From contig CAWFOY010000001.1 in NCBI GenBank assembly GCA_963817575.1, forward strand, positions 44,548-108,547: a DNA stretch of 64,000 bases, written 5' to 3'. This document shows, piece after piece, positions 26,966 through 36,710 of the stretch. Source of the stretch: an uncultured Gemmatimonadales bacterium (GTDB lineage Bacteria; Gemmatimonadota; Gemmatimonadetes; Gemmatimonadales; GWC2-71-9). The notes beneath the pieces were generated by a model, which was not told the origin of the DNA, made no database searches, and was given only the letters and a program-made list of their open reading frames with translations. Within the stretch, counting starts at the first letter, position 1; each line of letters opens with the position of its first letter. The translations under genes were made by a program, and so were the position numbers.

Positions 26966-27802
26966 CGCGCGCGCGACGATCCCTTCGATCAGGTCGCCGA
27001 GCTGGCGTCCCACGCGGTTGGCAATCTCGATGACCTCGCCGTGGTGGAGGGCCTGGGTCGTGACGCCCGCGGCGGGGTTCGTGATGGTCGACACGGCCAG
27101 GCACCTGATGTCGAGCGCACGCGCCACGATCACCTCGGGAACGGTGCTCATCCCAACAGCGTCTGCGCCGAGCCGCTCCAGCATCCGTATCTCCGCCGGG
27201 GTTTCGTAACTCGGCCCCAGCACCGCGGCATAGACGCCCTCCTCGAGCCGGATGCCCAACTCGCCGGCTACGGCCGTCGCGTGCGTGCGCAGCTCCCGAT
27301 CGTACGCGGCGGACATGTCGGGAAACCGTGTCTCGCCCGGGGCAACGGGGCCGATCAGCGGGTTCCGGAACATGAAATTGATGTGATCGGTGATCAGCAT
27401 CAGGGTGCCGGCGGAGAAGGCGCGCCGGATCCCGCCCGCGGCGTTCGTGAGCACGAGGGAGTTCACCCCAATGCGGGCGAAGAGACGCACCGGGAGCGCG
27501 GCTGTCGCCGCGGAATGCCCCTCGTAGAGGTGGAACCTTCCGCTCTGCACCATCACCTCGCGTCCTGCGAGCCGCCCCGCCACCAGCTCCCCCCGATGAC
27601 CTTCCACTGTGGGCAGCGGGAACCCGGGAATCTCGGCGTACGGAATGACCACCGCGCTCTGGATTCTTTCGGTGAAGCGGCCGAGCCCGGACCCGAGCAC
27701 GATCGCGATCTCGGGTTTCCGCCCGCCGAGGCGCTCACGCACCGCCGTCGCGGCCTCGGTGATCGTGCTGCCCATCTGCCCATCCGCCCATCCGGCCGTC
27801 AC
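26963..27802 (-). CDS. Purine nucleoside phosphorylase (trimeric PNP family)
   Basis: The motifs IVLGSGLG, GRFHLYEG, TNAAGG and MSTVPEV are present. The GTG 27802 start overlaps the nupC stop (GTGA). An alternative ATG at 27775 lies inside the octamer array. Confidence 0.9.
   Translation of the reverse strand: MTAGWADGQMGSTITEAATAVRERLGGRKPEIAIVLGSGLGRFTERIQSAVVIPYAEIPGFPLPTVEGHRGELVAGRLAGREVMVQSGRFHLYEGHSAATAALPVRLFARIGVNSLVLTNAAGGIRRAFSAGTLMLITDHINFMFRNPLIGPVAPGETRFPDMSAAYDRELRTHATAVAGELGIRLEEGVYAAVLGPSYETPAEIRMLERLGADAVGMSTVPEVIVARALDIRCLAVSTITNPAAGVTTQALHHGEVIEIANRVGRQLGDLIEGIVARA
27768..27797. repeat. Octamer array (CTGCCCAT/CCGCCCAT) at the 5' end of the PNP gene
   Basis: If GTG 27802 is the start, the array encodes AGWADGQMG of the N-terminus. 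Confidence 0.85.
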
Positions 27803-29178
27803 ACCAGCATCCCCGCGAGCGACGCCGACATGAAGGCCGCGAGGTTCCCGGCGATCATGGCGCGGAGTCCGAACCTGGCGATCTCGCCGCGGCGCTCAGG
27901 GGCCAGGCCTCCGATGCCGCCAATCTGGATGGCGATGGAGGAGAAGTTGGCAAACCCGAGCAAGGCATAGGTCAGGATCACCGCGCTCCGGGGCGACAGC
28001 ACGATCCCACTGCCCAGGTCGCTCGCGAATTGCGCATAGGCAACGAATTCGTTCAGCGCGGTCTTGATGCCGATGAGGCTGCCCACGTAGGCGGTGTCCT
28101 GCCACGGCACGCCCATCACGAACGCGAGCGGCCTGAGCGCCTGACCAAGCAGGAACTGGAGGCTGAGCCGGTTCTCGGCCAGGCCGAAGAGTGTGCCGAC
28201 CCACTGGAGCCCGAAGTTGAGGAGCGCGACCAGGGCCACGAACGCCATCAGCATCGCCGCCACGTTGATGGCGAGCTGGACCCCCACCGCGGCCCCGCCG
28301 GCCGCGGCCTCGATCACGTTGGATTCCGGCTTCTCCACGTGCATGTGCAGCGTGCCCTTCGTGATCGGTTCGTCCACTTCGGGCCGGATCATCTTCGAGA
28401 GCAGGAGACCGGCCGGCGCATTCATCACGCTCGCGGCGAGCAGGTGCGCGGCAATGTTGGGGAAGGACCCCTGCAGCATCCCGACATAGGCCGCCATGAC
28501 GCCGCCGGCGACGGTTGCGAAGCCGCCGACCATCACGGTGATCAGCTCCGACGGCGTGAACCCCTTGACGAACGGCTTGATCAGCAGCGGTGCTTCGGTC
28601 TGGCCAAGGAAGATGTTTCCCGCGGCTGAGAGAGTCTCCGCGCCGGACGTGCGGAGGGTCTTCTGCATCACCCACGCGATCCCCTTCACCACCAGCTGCA
28701 TGATGTTCAGGTAGTAGAGCACCGACATCAGCGCGGAAAAGAAGATGATCGTCGGGAGAACGTTGAAAGCGAAATACGCCCCGGTGTTCGCGATGAGGCC
28801 CCCGGAGGTATCGAGCGCGCCGCCGGGGCCCGGCAGGCCGACTGGCACGTTCGACTGCACCAGGTTGCCGAATACGAATCGCGCGCCCATCTCCTGAAAC
28901 GACAGCAGTCCGGTGATCATCCGGCCGAGGAAGGCGAAGACCGCCTTGCCGGGCCCGGTTTTCAATACGATCAGGCCAAAGATCGCCTGAAGGGCGAGCC
29001 CGCTCGCGACCAGCCGCCAGTCGATCCGTTTCCGGTCGTACGACAGCGCGAAGGCGATCCCCAGCATCGTCGCGATGCCGACGAGTCCCATCAGCCGGGG
29101 CAGCAACGGCGTGTCGAGGCCCGCCTGCGCCGCTGCGAGCCGCTCGGCCGCAGTCTGCAGCATCCAGAGCGCGTTCAT
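27799..29178 (-). CDS. nupC: Concentrative nucleoside transporter (NupC/CNT family)
   Basis: 459-aa polytopic ORF whose overall pattern is typical of NupC (GNIFLGQTEAPLLIKP, ELITVMVGGFATVAG). Confidence 0.88.
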   Translation of the reverse strand: MNALWMLQTAAERLAAAQAGLDTPLLPRLMGLVGIATMLGIAFALSYDRKRIDWRLVASGLALQAIFGLIVLKTGPGKAVFAFLGRMITGLLSFQEMGARFVFGNLVQSNVPVGLPGPGGALDTSGGLIANTGAYFAFNVLPTIIFFSALMSVLYYLNIMQLVVKGIAWVMQKTLRTSGAETLSAAGNIFLGQTEAPLLIKPFVKGFTPSELITVMVGGFATVAGGVMAAYVGMLQGSFPNIAAHLLAASVMNAPAGLLLSKMIRPEVDEPITKGTLHMHVEKPESNVIEAAAGGAAVGVQLAINVAAMLMAFVALVALLNFGLQWVGTLFGLAENRLSLQFLLGQALRPLAFVMGVPWQDTAYVGSLIGIKTALNEFVAYAQFASDLGSGIVLSPRSAVILTYALLGFANFSSIAIQIGGIGGLAPERRGEIARFGLRAMIAGNLAAFMSASLAGMLV

Positions 29179-30212
29179 CGCGTGGCCTCCAGCTCAGCCG
29201 AGACTTCCTCCAGCAGCGCCTGACGATCGGGCCACGGCAGGAACGAGGCGGCAAACGCGTTGAGGATCATGCGGTCGATCTCCCCGCGGGTGAAACCCAG
29301 GGCGGTATGGGCCAGCCAGTATTCGTCCGTGAGCGAGACCCCGCTCATCAGCCAGCTGTCGGTGCAAAGCGTCACAGCCAGTCCGGCGTCGAAGTAGCCG
29401 CGCACCGGATGCTCGGCGGCACGCTTGACCGCGTGCGTCTGCAGGTTGCTCGTGATGTTGGTCTCGATGAGGATTCGCCGGTCGCGCACGTAGGCCTGGA
29501 GGCCCGGGTCCTCGAAGAGCCGGGTGCCGTGTCCGATGCGATCGGCGTGGCAGGCGTGAATTGCCTCGGCCACCGACGCGGCGCCCGCGGCCTCGCCCGC
29601 ATGCACCGTGATCCCCAGGCCACCGCGCGCCGCGACGTCAAACGCGAGACGATGCACCTCGGGCGGCCGGCCCGCCTCCGGCCCTGCCAGGTCGAATCCG
29701 ACGACGCCGCGTTCCCGGAACGCCACCGACGCTTCGGCAATTTGCACCGACACGGCCGGATCGTAATGCCGGAGCGAGCAGTTGATCACGGCGGTCCGGA
29801 CCCCGAAGTCGCGCTCGCCGCGCCGAAGACCACGAAGCTCGGCGTCGATAACGTCGGCGAGTGACAGGCCGGTCCGCGTACTCAGGGCCGGGCAATATCG
29901 GACCTCCAGCAGTCGCAGGTGGTCCCGGGCCGCGTCTTCCACCATCTCGTACGCCACGCGCTCGATGGCGTCGGGCGTCTGGAGCATTGCGATGGTGATG
30001 TCGAAGCGCCGCAGGTACTCCTCGAGATCGCGGGCGTCGTCCACCAGCATGTAGCGGCGAATCGCCTCCGGGTCGCGGCTCGGCAAGGCCACGCCGGCGT
30101 CGCGCGCGAGGTCGATCACCGTTTCCGGGCGAAGCGAGCCGTCGAGGTGCACGTGCAGCTCCGCCTTGGGCAGGCGGGAGATCAGCTCACGCGTCAGCAT
30201 CGGCATCGCCAT
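29175..30212 (-). CDS. add: Adenosine deaminase
   Basis: The motifs LPKAELHVHLDGS, HAGE and a C-terminal TDS variant of TDD are present. The start is one of ATG 30212/30206/30200. It overlaps the nupC start by ATGA. Confidence 0.9.
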   Translation of the reverse strand: MAMPMLTRELISRLPKAELHVHLDGSLRPETVIDLARDAGVALPSRDPEAIRRYMLVDDARDLEEYLRRFDITIAMLQTPDAIERVAYEMVEDAARDHLRLLEVRYCPALSTRTGLSLADVIDAELRGLRRGERDFGVRTAVINCSLRHYDPAVSVQIAEASVAFRERGVVGFDLAGPEAGRPPEVHRLAFDVAARGGLGITVHAGEAAGAASVAEAIHACHADRIGHGTRLFEDPGLQAYVRDRRILIETNITSNLQTHAVKRAAEHPVRGYFDAGLAVTLCTDSWLMSGVSLTDEYWLAHTALGFTRGEIDRMILNAFAASFLPWPDRQALLEEVSAELEATR

Positions 30213-30441
30213 CGGCAGAGGTGTCCCGACGGGCGCGGCCGACCACGCGCACGATCGCTCCCGGTGCCAGCACGGCGTCCGCAGCGAGCACAATTCCCCG
30301 TGCGTCGGTCAGTGACGCGGTCCCGGCCATGACCCGATCGGCAAGAGCCGGATCCAGGTGCCGGACCGCGTCGCAGGCGGTCGCGCCACTGGGGACGTCG
30401 AAGGGGCGATCGTTGACGTACACCCGGATCGGGACGGTCAC
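30187..30441 (-). CDS. Hypothetical small protein (84 aa), possibly a beta-grasp fold
   Basis: The GTG start overlaps the 5'-nucleotidase stop (GTGA), and the 3' end overlaps the add start. The N-terminus IRVYVNDRPFDVPSGATACDAV resembles beta-grasp N-termini, and the tail is acidic. Confidence 0.5.
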   Translation of the reverse strand: MTVPIRVYVNDRPFDVPSGATACDAVRHLDPALADRVMAGTASLTDARGIVLAADAVLAPGAIVRVVGRARRDTSADGDADADA

Positions 30442-33400
30442 GGGTGGCCGGTCAGGAAACGGGCGTCGTCCGGCGGGCGGACGGGTTGCGGCAGGCGCCG
30501 GAGATAGAGCAGCACGGCATCGATGTCCTTGTAGGTGGACCGCTCCTGCCTGGTGCGCTCGAGCGCCGTGAATCCATCCTGACCGGAGGCCAGGTAGTTC
30601 TGTGTGGCCAGGGTGTACTCGCGGCCATCCTTGATCCTGCTTCCGTCCAGCAACCGGACATCGCGGACGCGCTTGCCGACGGGCCGCGCCGGGTCGTACC
30701 GCACCCGCAGCCCGGCGATGTGGGCATCGGGCTGGCCGTCACTGCTGAAGGCCTGTTCCAGGACCATCTTCAATTCGCGACCCTTCAGCCGCACGAGCAC
30801 CAGGTCGTTCTGGAAGGGCATCACGGAGAAAAGTGTCCCGTATGTGAGCGGGCCATCGGGCACGTCGGCGCGAATGCCGCCGTTGTTCACGAGGGCCGCG
30901 TCGGCGCGTAGCACGTTGCGGAAGGCATCGGCAATGAGGAAGCCGAGCCCGTACTGGTTGCCCTGCCGCAACATCGGAAGGCTCACCTGCGCGACCACCC
31001 GTCCAGTCAGTGAATCCGACTCGCGGCGCCACCGATCCACCATCGCGGTGAGTTCGGCGTCCGGTGCGACACGATCGGCCCAGACCGTCTCGACGGCCAC
31101 GTTCGCGCGTCGGGTGCCATCGGCGGCCCGAATGAGGTCCAGGATGCCCACGGCGGTTCCATTGCTCCGAGCCTGCACGATCGGAATGCCGGCCGCCTCG
31201 GCATCGAGCAGCGTGTGCGTGTGCCCGGACACGATCGCATCCACCGAACCGGGCGGAAGCTCGCGGGCGAGGTCGAGCACCTCGCCGGCGCAGGAGGTGC
31301 TGTCGCAGCGGCCACCCGAATGCGTCAGGACGATCGTGAAATCGGGGCGCTCCGCCCGCGCAGCCTCGATCGCGTCGAGTATGGACTCCGCGCCTGAGCC
31401 GAACCGCAGCCCCGCGATGTTTTCCCTGGCCACGATCTGCGCCGTCTCCGAGGTGATGTACCCCACGACCGCGATCCGGTTGATACCGGCCCGCACCATC
31501 TGCCACGGGACGGCCCATCCCGGACGGACGCCCGTCGCGGAATCGAAGATGTTGGCCGCCACCCAGGGATAGCGGGCCTCGGCCATGCGGTTGCGGAGCG
31601 TATCCGGGGACCAGTCGAGGTCGTGGTTGCCGATCGCGGCGGCCTGGATCCCGACGTGGTTCAAGGCCTCGATCGTCGTGCGGCCGTACGCGAGGTTCGA
31701 GAGCAGCGTGCCCTGCATCTCGTCTCCGGCGTCGACCCGCAGCGTCGTGCATTGGCACCGCGCTGCGAGGGTGTCCATGGTTGCCTTCAGCGCCGCCGCG
31801 CCGCCCACCGGGCGCCCGTCCGACCAGCTGTACGTCCGGGCCTCGAGCGCGCCGTGGAAATCGTTGATCGAGAGGATGCGCAGCAGGATCGAGTCTTTCG
31901 GGACTGGCGGCGGGGGAAGGAATAGCTTTCGGGCCGCGGCGGCCATCGGTGCGGGCTCGATCCGCCAGGTGACCGAGTCGAAATCCGCCGGATCGAGCAC
32001 TCCCCGGCGCCGGAGGTCCTCCACCAGAAGCTCCCGTACGCCTTCGTTTCGATCGTACACCACCGGCGCGGACTGGAGCATTGCGTAACCACCGCCCCCG
32101 CCCTGCCGGTAGCTGCTGAGCGCCAGGGTGTACGTATCCAGGGCACCGACGAAGCGGCCCCTGACCGCCAAATCGCGGATCCGGCTTCCCACAGGGCGGC
32201 TCAAGTCCACCACGTATGTCGCGCCGGAGACGATATCGAAACTGTTCCCCGGCATGGCGGGGTCGGTGCCGACGTTGCCGGCGGCGTCCACCGTGAAATA
32301 CTTCGCGGCCTGCTCGAGGTAGGCACGGAGTTGCACCCCGGTGATCCGGATGGCGCGAAGGGTGTTCTCCTCCGGATACACTCCCGCGACATCTGCCAGC
32401 CGGATCTCGCCCTGATCGAACCCGCTCCGCAGGTCGAACACCGCCGTGGAGGCCAGGTCGGCGCGGGCCTGCCGCCGCTGGACGTCGTTGATCCAGTTGA
32501 TCAGGGGCGTTGCGCCCGCGCGCCCGAGCTGAGCGGGCATCGGCGCGGCCGCGCCCGCGAGCGGGGTCGCCACCCACAGTCGCACATCCGCCTGAGCTTC
32601 GTCGAGGCGGCGGAGCCGCCCCGGGACCGGCTCGAGCCCGGCCAATTCGATCTGGTCTGCGTGAATTCGCGTCACTCGCCAGGCGGCTCCGTTCCGGGCG
32701 AGGTCCACATGCGCGATCGCGAGCGATTGCGCATGATGGCGTGGCTGTATGAAATGCACCCCGTTCAGCACCGAATCCTGGATCTGGCGATGGGAGTGTC
32801 CAACCACCACCAGGTCCGGCCGGATCGGCCCCTGCGCCAGCGTCGCCGCGACATTCTCGGGGCCGACCCCGGCAGTGTCATAGGACGAGGCGCCATCCAT
32901 CCCGCTGTGAATGAGCACGATGGCGAGGTCCGCTTCCTGCCGGAGGCGCGACAGCGCGCGCGGAGCACTGGCGCCGACCGAGCCCACCCTTCCCATCCCC
33001 TGCATGTTCGCATGGTCCCAGACCATGACGCCGGGCGTCGTGAATCCGGTGATGCCGACCCGGACCCCTTGTCGCATGATGACGGTCTGCGGGGAGAACA
33101 TCGGCGCGCCCCCGGGCAGCGCGAAGACGTTGGCGCTCACGTAAGCGAACGCCGCGCCGGAGATGGCGCGGCGCAGGAGCGGCAGGCCGAAGTTGAAATC
33201 GTGGTTGCCGGGCGTCGCGGCGTCGTACCCCAGCTGGTTCATCACGTCGACGATCGGGTGCGGATCCCGCGGCGCGACCTGCGCGAAATACGCTGAGAAC
33301 GGGTCGCCCTGCAGGAGATCTCCCGCATCCACCAGCACGACCTGGCCCGGGTATCGTTGACGCAGTGAATCGATCGCGCGCGCGGCCCGCGCGAGGCCAC

Positions 33401-33536
33401 CTGGGAACGGTCGATCGTGCACGAAGTCCCACGCTGTGGCGTGTCCGTGAACGTCCGTGGTGGCGACAACGACTATGTGGGCGGAGTCCTGGGCTGCCGG
33501 AGACGCCAGTGCCAGGGCCAGGAGGGCGCGAAGCAT
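30438..33536 (-). CDS. Tandem-duplicated secreted 5'-nucleotidase / metallophosphoesterase (UshA-like x2)
   Basis: There are two complete modules. The first has TTDVHGH..GDLLQG..GNHDFN..HSH and the second has INDFHG..GDEMQG..GNHDLD..GHTH, each followed by a 5'-nucleotidase C-terminal domain. The signal peptide MLRALLALALASPAAQ begins at ATG 33536. Confidence 0.85.
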   Translation of the reverse strand: MLRALLALALASPAAQDSAHIVVVATTDVHGHATAWDFVHDRPFPGGLARAARAIDSLRQRYPGQVVLVDAGDLLQGDPFSAYFAQVAPRDPHPIVDVMNQLGYDAATPGNHDFNFGLPLLRRAISGAAFAYVSANVFALPGGAPMFSPQTVIMRQGVRVGITGFTTPGVMVWDHANMQGMGRVGSVGASAPRALSRLRQEADLAIVLIHSGMDGASSYDTAGVGPENVAATLAQGPIRPDLVVVGHSHRQIQDSVLNGVHFIQPRHHAQSLAIAHVDLARNGAAWRVTRIHADQIELAGLEPVPGRLRRLDEAQADVRLWVATPLAGAAAPMPAQLGRAGATPLINWINDVQRRQARADLASTAVFDLRSGFDQGEIRLADVAGVYPEENTLRAIRITGVQLRAYLEQAAKYFTVDAAGNVGTDPAMPGNSFDIVSGATYVVDLSRPVGSRIRDLAVRGRFVGALDTYTLALSSYRQGGGGGYAMLQSAPVVYDRNEGVRELLVEDLRRRGVLDPADFDSVTWRIEPAPMAAAARKLFLPPPPVPKDSILLRILSINDFHGALEARTYSWSDGRPVGGAAALKATMDTLAARCQCTTLRVDAGDEMQGTLLSNLAYGRTTIEALNHVGIQAAAIGNHDLDWSPDTLRNRMAEARYPWVAANIFDSATGVRPGWAVPWQMVRAGINRIAVVGYITSETAQIVARENIAGLRFGSGAESILDAIEAARAERPDFTIVLTHSGGRCDSTSCAGEVLDLARELPPGSVDAIVSGHTHTLLDAEAAGIPIVQARSNGTAVGILDLIRAADGTRRANVAVETVWADRVAPDAELTAMVDRWRRESDSLTGRVVAQVSLPMLRQGNQYGLGFLIADAFRNVLRADAALVNNGGIRADVPDGPLTYGTLFSVMPFQNDLVLVRLKGRELKMVLEQAFSSDGQPDAHIAGLRVRYDPARPVGKRVRDVRLLDGSRIKDGREYTLATQNYLASGQDGFTALERTRQERSTYKDIDAVLLYLRRLPQPVRPPDDARFLTGHP

Positions 33537-33542
33537 CGTGAG

Positions 33543-33641
33543 AATATCCTTGCGCCACCGCAGGTTGCGCAATGTGAGCATTCGCGGCAGACCGTCTGGA
33601 ACGGTGCGGGGGTTGCGCGGCGGGTGTGGGCCGGATATTCG
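33543..33641. promoter_or_regulatory. Divergent promoter/operator region between the 5'-nucleotidase operon and arsR-like gene
   Basis: An 8-bp inverted repeat (GAATATCC at 33543-33550, GGATATTC at 33634-33641) sits close to each start codon. A direct repeat GGTTGCGC occurs twice. There is also a near-palindrome, GCGCAATGtgagCATTCGCG. Confidence 0.3.
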
Positions 33642-33652
33642 TTTACGCGCAT

Positions 33653-34027
33653 ATGGCACCCGCCTCGACGCCGACCGACCTACTGCTCACCATTGCAGAG
33701 CCCACCCGGCTCCGCATTCTCAACTGCCTCGCCGCGGCGCCGCTCTTCGTGTCGGATCTCCAGGTGATCCTCGACCTCCCGCAACCCACGGTCTCGCGCC
33801 ACCTCCGGGTGCTCAAGGAGGCCGATATCGTGCGAGATACCCCGATCGCCCAGTTCGTCCTTTACCGTCTCCGCCGTGATGGCGGCGTGCGCCAGCGGCT
33901 GCTCACCGCAATCCTCGATGCAATCGGAATGGACGAGAGAATGAAAGTCGAGCGGCATTTGGCGGCCGACCGCAGTCGGTCGAACCCGCGGGTCCGCATG
34001 GTGGCGCAGACGGAGTCGATGGCATGA
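33653..34027 (+). CDS. ArsR/SmtB family transcriptional regulator
   Basis: The winged-HTH pattern EPTRLRILNCLAAAPLFVSDLQVILDLPQPTVSRHLRVLKEADIV is present. I prefer ATG 33653 as the start. Confidence 0.8.
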   Translation: MAPASTPTDLLLTIAEPTRLRILNCLAAAPLFVSDLQVILDLPQPTVSRHLRVLKEADIVRDTPIAQFVLYRLRRDGGVRQRLLTAILDAIGMDERMKVERHLAADRSRSNPRVRMVAQTESMA

Positions 34028-34046
34028 CCTCAGCCCCCGAATCCTC

Positions 34047-34754
34047 ATGACCCACCGGATCCTGGTCGTCGACGACGAGCCTGACATCACGGCGCTCGTA
34101 GCGTATCACCTCGCCAAGGCCGGGTATCGTGTGTCCACGGCCACGACCGGCCCCGACGCGATCAAATCGGCGCGGGAGGAGCGCCCTGACATCATCATCC
34201 TGGACCTCATGCTTCCGGGGATGTCCGGCTACGACGTGCTGGCGGAGCTCCGCCGCCAGGAGGAAACGAAGGAAGTCGGCGTCATCCTCCTCACCGCGCG
34301 CCGTGAGGAAGCCGACCGGATTCGCGGCCTCACGCTCGGCGCGGACGACTACCTCACGAAGCCGTTCTCCCCCGCCGAGCTGACGCTCAGGGTCGGCGCG
34401 GTCCTGCGGCGCCTCGCCGCCCCGGCAGTGTCGGCAGGATCCACCCTCACGGCGGGCGGCATCACGGTGGATCGCTCGGCACACCGCGCCGCGCTGAATG
34501 GCCGCGAGCTGAACCTCACGGCCACCGAATACAAGCTGCTCCTCACCCTCGTTGAACGCCGGGGCCGCGTCCAGACCCGGCCCCAGCTGCTCGAGACCGT
34601 CTGGGAGGCGCAACCCGACATCCAGACGCGGACCGTGGACATGCACGTCCAGCGCCTCCGCTCCAAACTGGGTGAGGCCGGGAAGATGATCGAAACGGTG
34701 CGCGGGTTTGGCTACCGGTTCCGCGGGGCGGACCGCCCGGGCAGGTCGCGGTGA
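34047..34754 (+). CDS. phoB: OmpR/PhoB-type response regulator
   Basis: The receiver domain (ILVVDDEPDI..DIIILDLMLPGMSG) and winged-helix domain (LTATEYKLLLTL..VDMHVQRLRSKL) are present. The gene lies next to phoR and pst. Confidence 0.8.
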   Translation: MTHRILVVDDEPDITALVAYHLAKAGYRVSTATTGPDAIKSAREERPDIIILDLMLPGMSGYDVLAELRRQEETKEVGVILLTARREEADRIRGLTLGADDYLTKPFSPAELTLRVGAVLRRLAAPAVSAGSTLTAGGITVDRSAHRAALNGRELNLTATEYKLLLTLVERRGRVQTRPQLLETVWEAQPDIQTRTVDMHVQRLRSKLGEAGKMIETVRGFGYRFRGADRPGRSR

Positions 34755-36456
34755 GGTTCGCCGCCCGCCTGCTATCGGCGACGCTGCTGGTCCTCCTCCT
34801 CGGTCTAGTCGTGCTGCTGTGGACCGCGGACCGCCTTCTGCGCCGCGACCTCGAACGGGACATGGCCGTCACGCTGGAGCGCCAGGCCGTGATGGTCCGC
34901 GAAGCGGTGCCGACCGATCTGGCCACGGCCCAGCAGCAGATCCACCGCATCGCCTCGGAGGCGGGAGTCCGGATCACGCTGATCGCGCGGGACGGCACCG
35001 TCGTCGCCGAGAGCGACTACGCCACCTACCCGCTTCCCCCGCTGCAGAACCACGCCGACCGGCCCGAGGTGCGCGAGGCATTGCAGGGGCGGACCGGCGT
35101 CGCCCGGCGACAGAGCGCGACCGTCGGCCGGGCGCTGCTGTATGTCGCCATCCCGGGCGGGCCTGGGGTGGTTCGCGTCGCCTCGGACCTGAGCCAGGTG
35201 AATGCCCTCGTTCGCCGCGCCCAGGTCGCGGTGGCCACGGCGGCGCTCGTCGCGCTCCTGATCGGCACCCTCGCTTCGCTCATCACGGCACGCTCGATCG
35301 CGCGACCCCTCACCGCGCTCAGCACCGCGGCCCGGGCCATCGCGGCGGGCGATCGCCCGCGGTTCCCACGATCGGGAATCCCGGACATCGACGCGCTGGT
35401 GCAGACCCTTCGGGACATGCATCACCAGTTGGCCGACCGGTTCGACGCGCTCCGGCATGGACAGGCTGAATCGGCCGCGCTGGTCGAGGCAATGGTGGAA
35501 GGCGTGCTGGCCGCCGACGGCAAGGGCCGCATCCTGACCGCGAATTCCGCCGCTCGGCGCCTCCTCGGCTATGGACCGGAGGAGCCGCTTCCCGACCTTC
35601 AGGAGCTATTCCGGGTGAAGGGCGCGCGGGATGTCGTGAGCCAGGTGACGCAGGGCGCGGTAGTCGAGGGGCGCGAGCTCGAGCTGGATGGCCGGATGCT
35701 GCTGGTGAGCGCCCGGCCGCTCAATAGCGGAGGCGCCGTGCTGGTCCTGCACGACGTGACCAACGTCCGCCGGCTCGAGGCTGTCCGCCGCGACTTCGTG
35801 GCCAATGTCTCTCACGAGCTCAAGACGCCGCTGACGTCCATTGCCGGCTACGCTGAGACGCTGGTCAGTGACCGCCGGACGAGGCAACCAGCCGGCGATT
35901 CCTCGAGATCGTCCTGGGGAATGCGCGCCGAATGCAGCACCTGGTGGACGACCTCCTCGACCTCTCGCGGATCGAGTCCGGGGGGTGGCAACCGAGGAAG
36001 GAGCCGGTCGACATCGCGTCCGTGGCACGGGAGGCGTGGGCGCCGCTGGCGGAGCGCGCCGCGCAGCGGCATAGGGAGCTCTCGGTGGACGTCGATCGCG
36101 ACGCGTCCGTCGTTTCCGCGGACGCCGACGGACTGCGGCAGGTGCTGACGAACCTGTTCGACAATGCGCTTCGCTATACGCCGGCGGGAGGCACCGTCGC
36201 CGTGCATACCGCGAACCAGGAGGGTGGCCTGGCGGTGATGGTCAGCGACACCGGACCCGGCATCCCGCACGAACACCTGTCCCGGGTCTTCGAACGGTTC
36301 TACCGCGTCGATACCTCGCGGTCTCGCGAAGAGGGGGGAACCGGCCTGGGGCTGGCGATCGTGCGGCACCTGGTCGAAGCGCACGGCGGGACGGTGCGGG
36401 CCGAGAGCGAGGTCGGGGAAGGCACCACGATCACGTGCTGGTTTCCCCCGTTGTAG
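34751..36456 (+). pseudogene. phoR: PhoR-like sensor histidine kinase interrupted by a 1-nt frameshift near 35870-35873
   Basis: Frame 1 carries the TM/HAMP/PAS regions and the H-box ([21 protein letters not shown]), then degenerates. The continuation [37 protein letters not shown], with the N, G1 and G2 boxes, is in the +2 frame (track ORF 35932-36456). The GTG start overlaps the phoB stop. Confidence 0.8.
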
Positions 36457-36710
36457 GACGGTTGCCCGTCTGTGACGGAACCCGCGGATCCGTGACGCCG
36501 GCCCAGTAGGGTGCGGCATGACCCTGCCCCAGCTCCCTGAGCCTTCTCGACCACACCTGCACCTTCCGTTATTCCGGGCTTCGTCGCCACATCCGATCCC
36601 GCAAGCTGCGCGTGCCGGCACGGCGGATGGGGAACCAGGCGATGAGGACATCTTCCGAGACCCATTCCCAAGCCCATCGCACAGCAGCCGTTGAGCCCGG
36701 AACCCCGGGT

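Noticed and set aside
35861-35880. Programmed ribosomal frameshift in phoR
   Set aside because: There is no slippery heptamer or downstream stimulatory structure. The site is a short C run where a 1-nt indel fully explains the shift. A mutation or sequencing error is more parsimonious.
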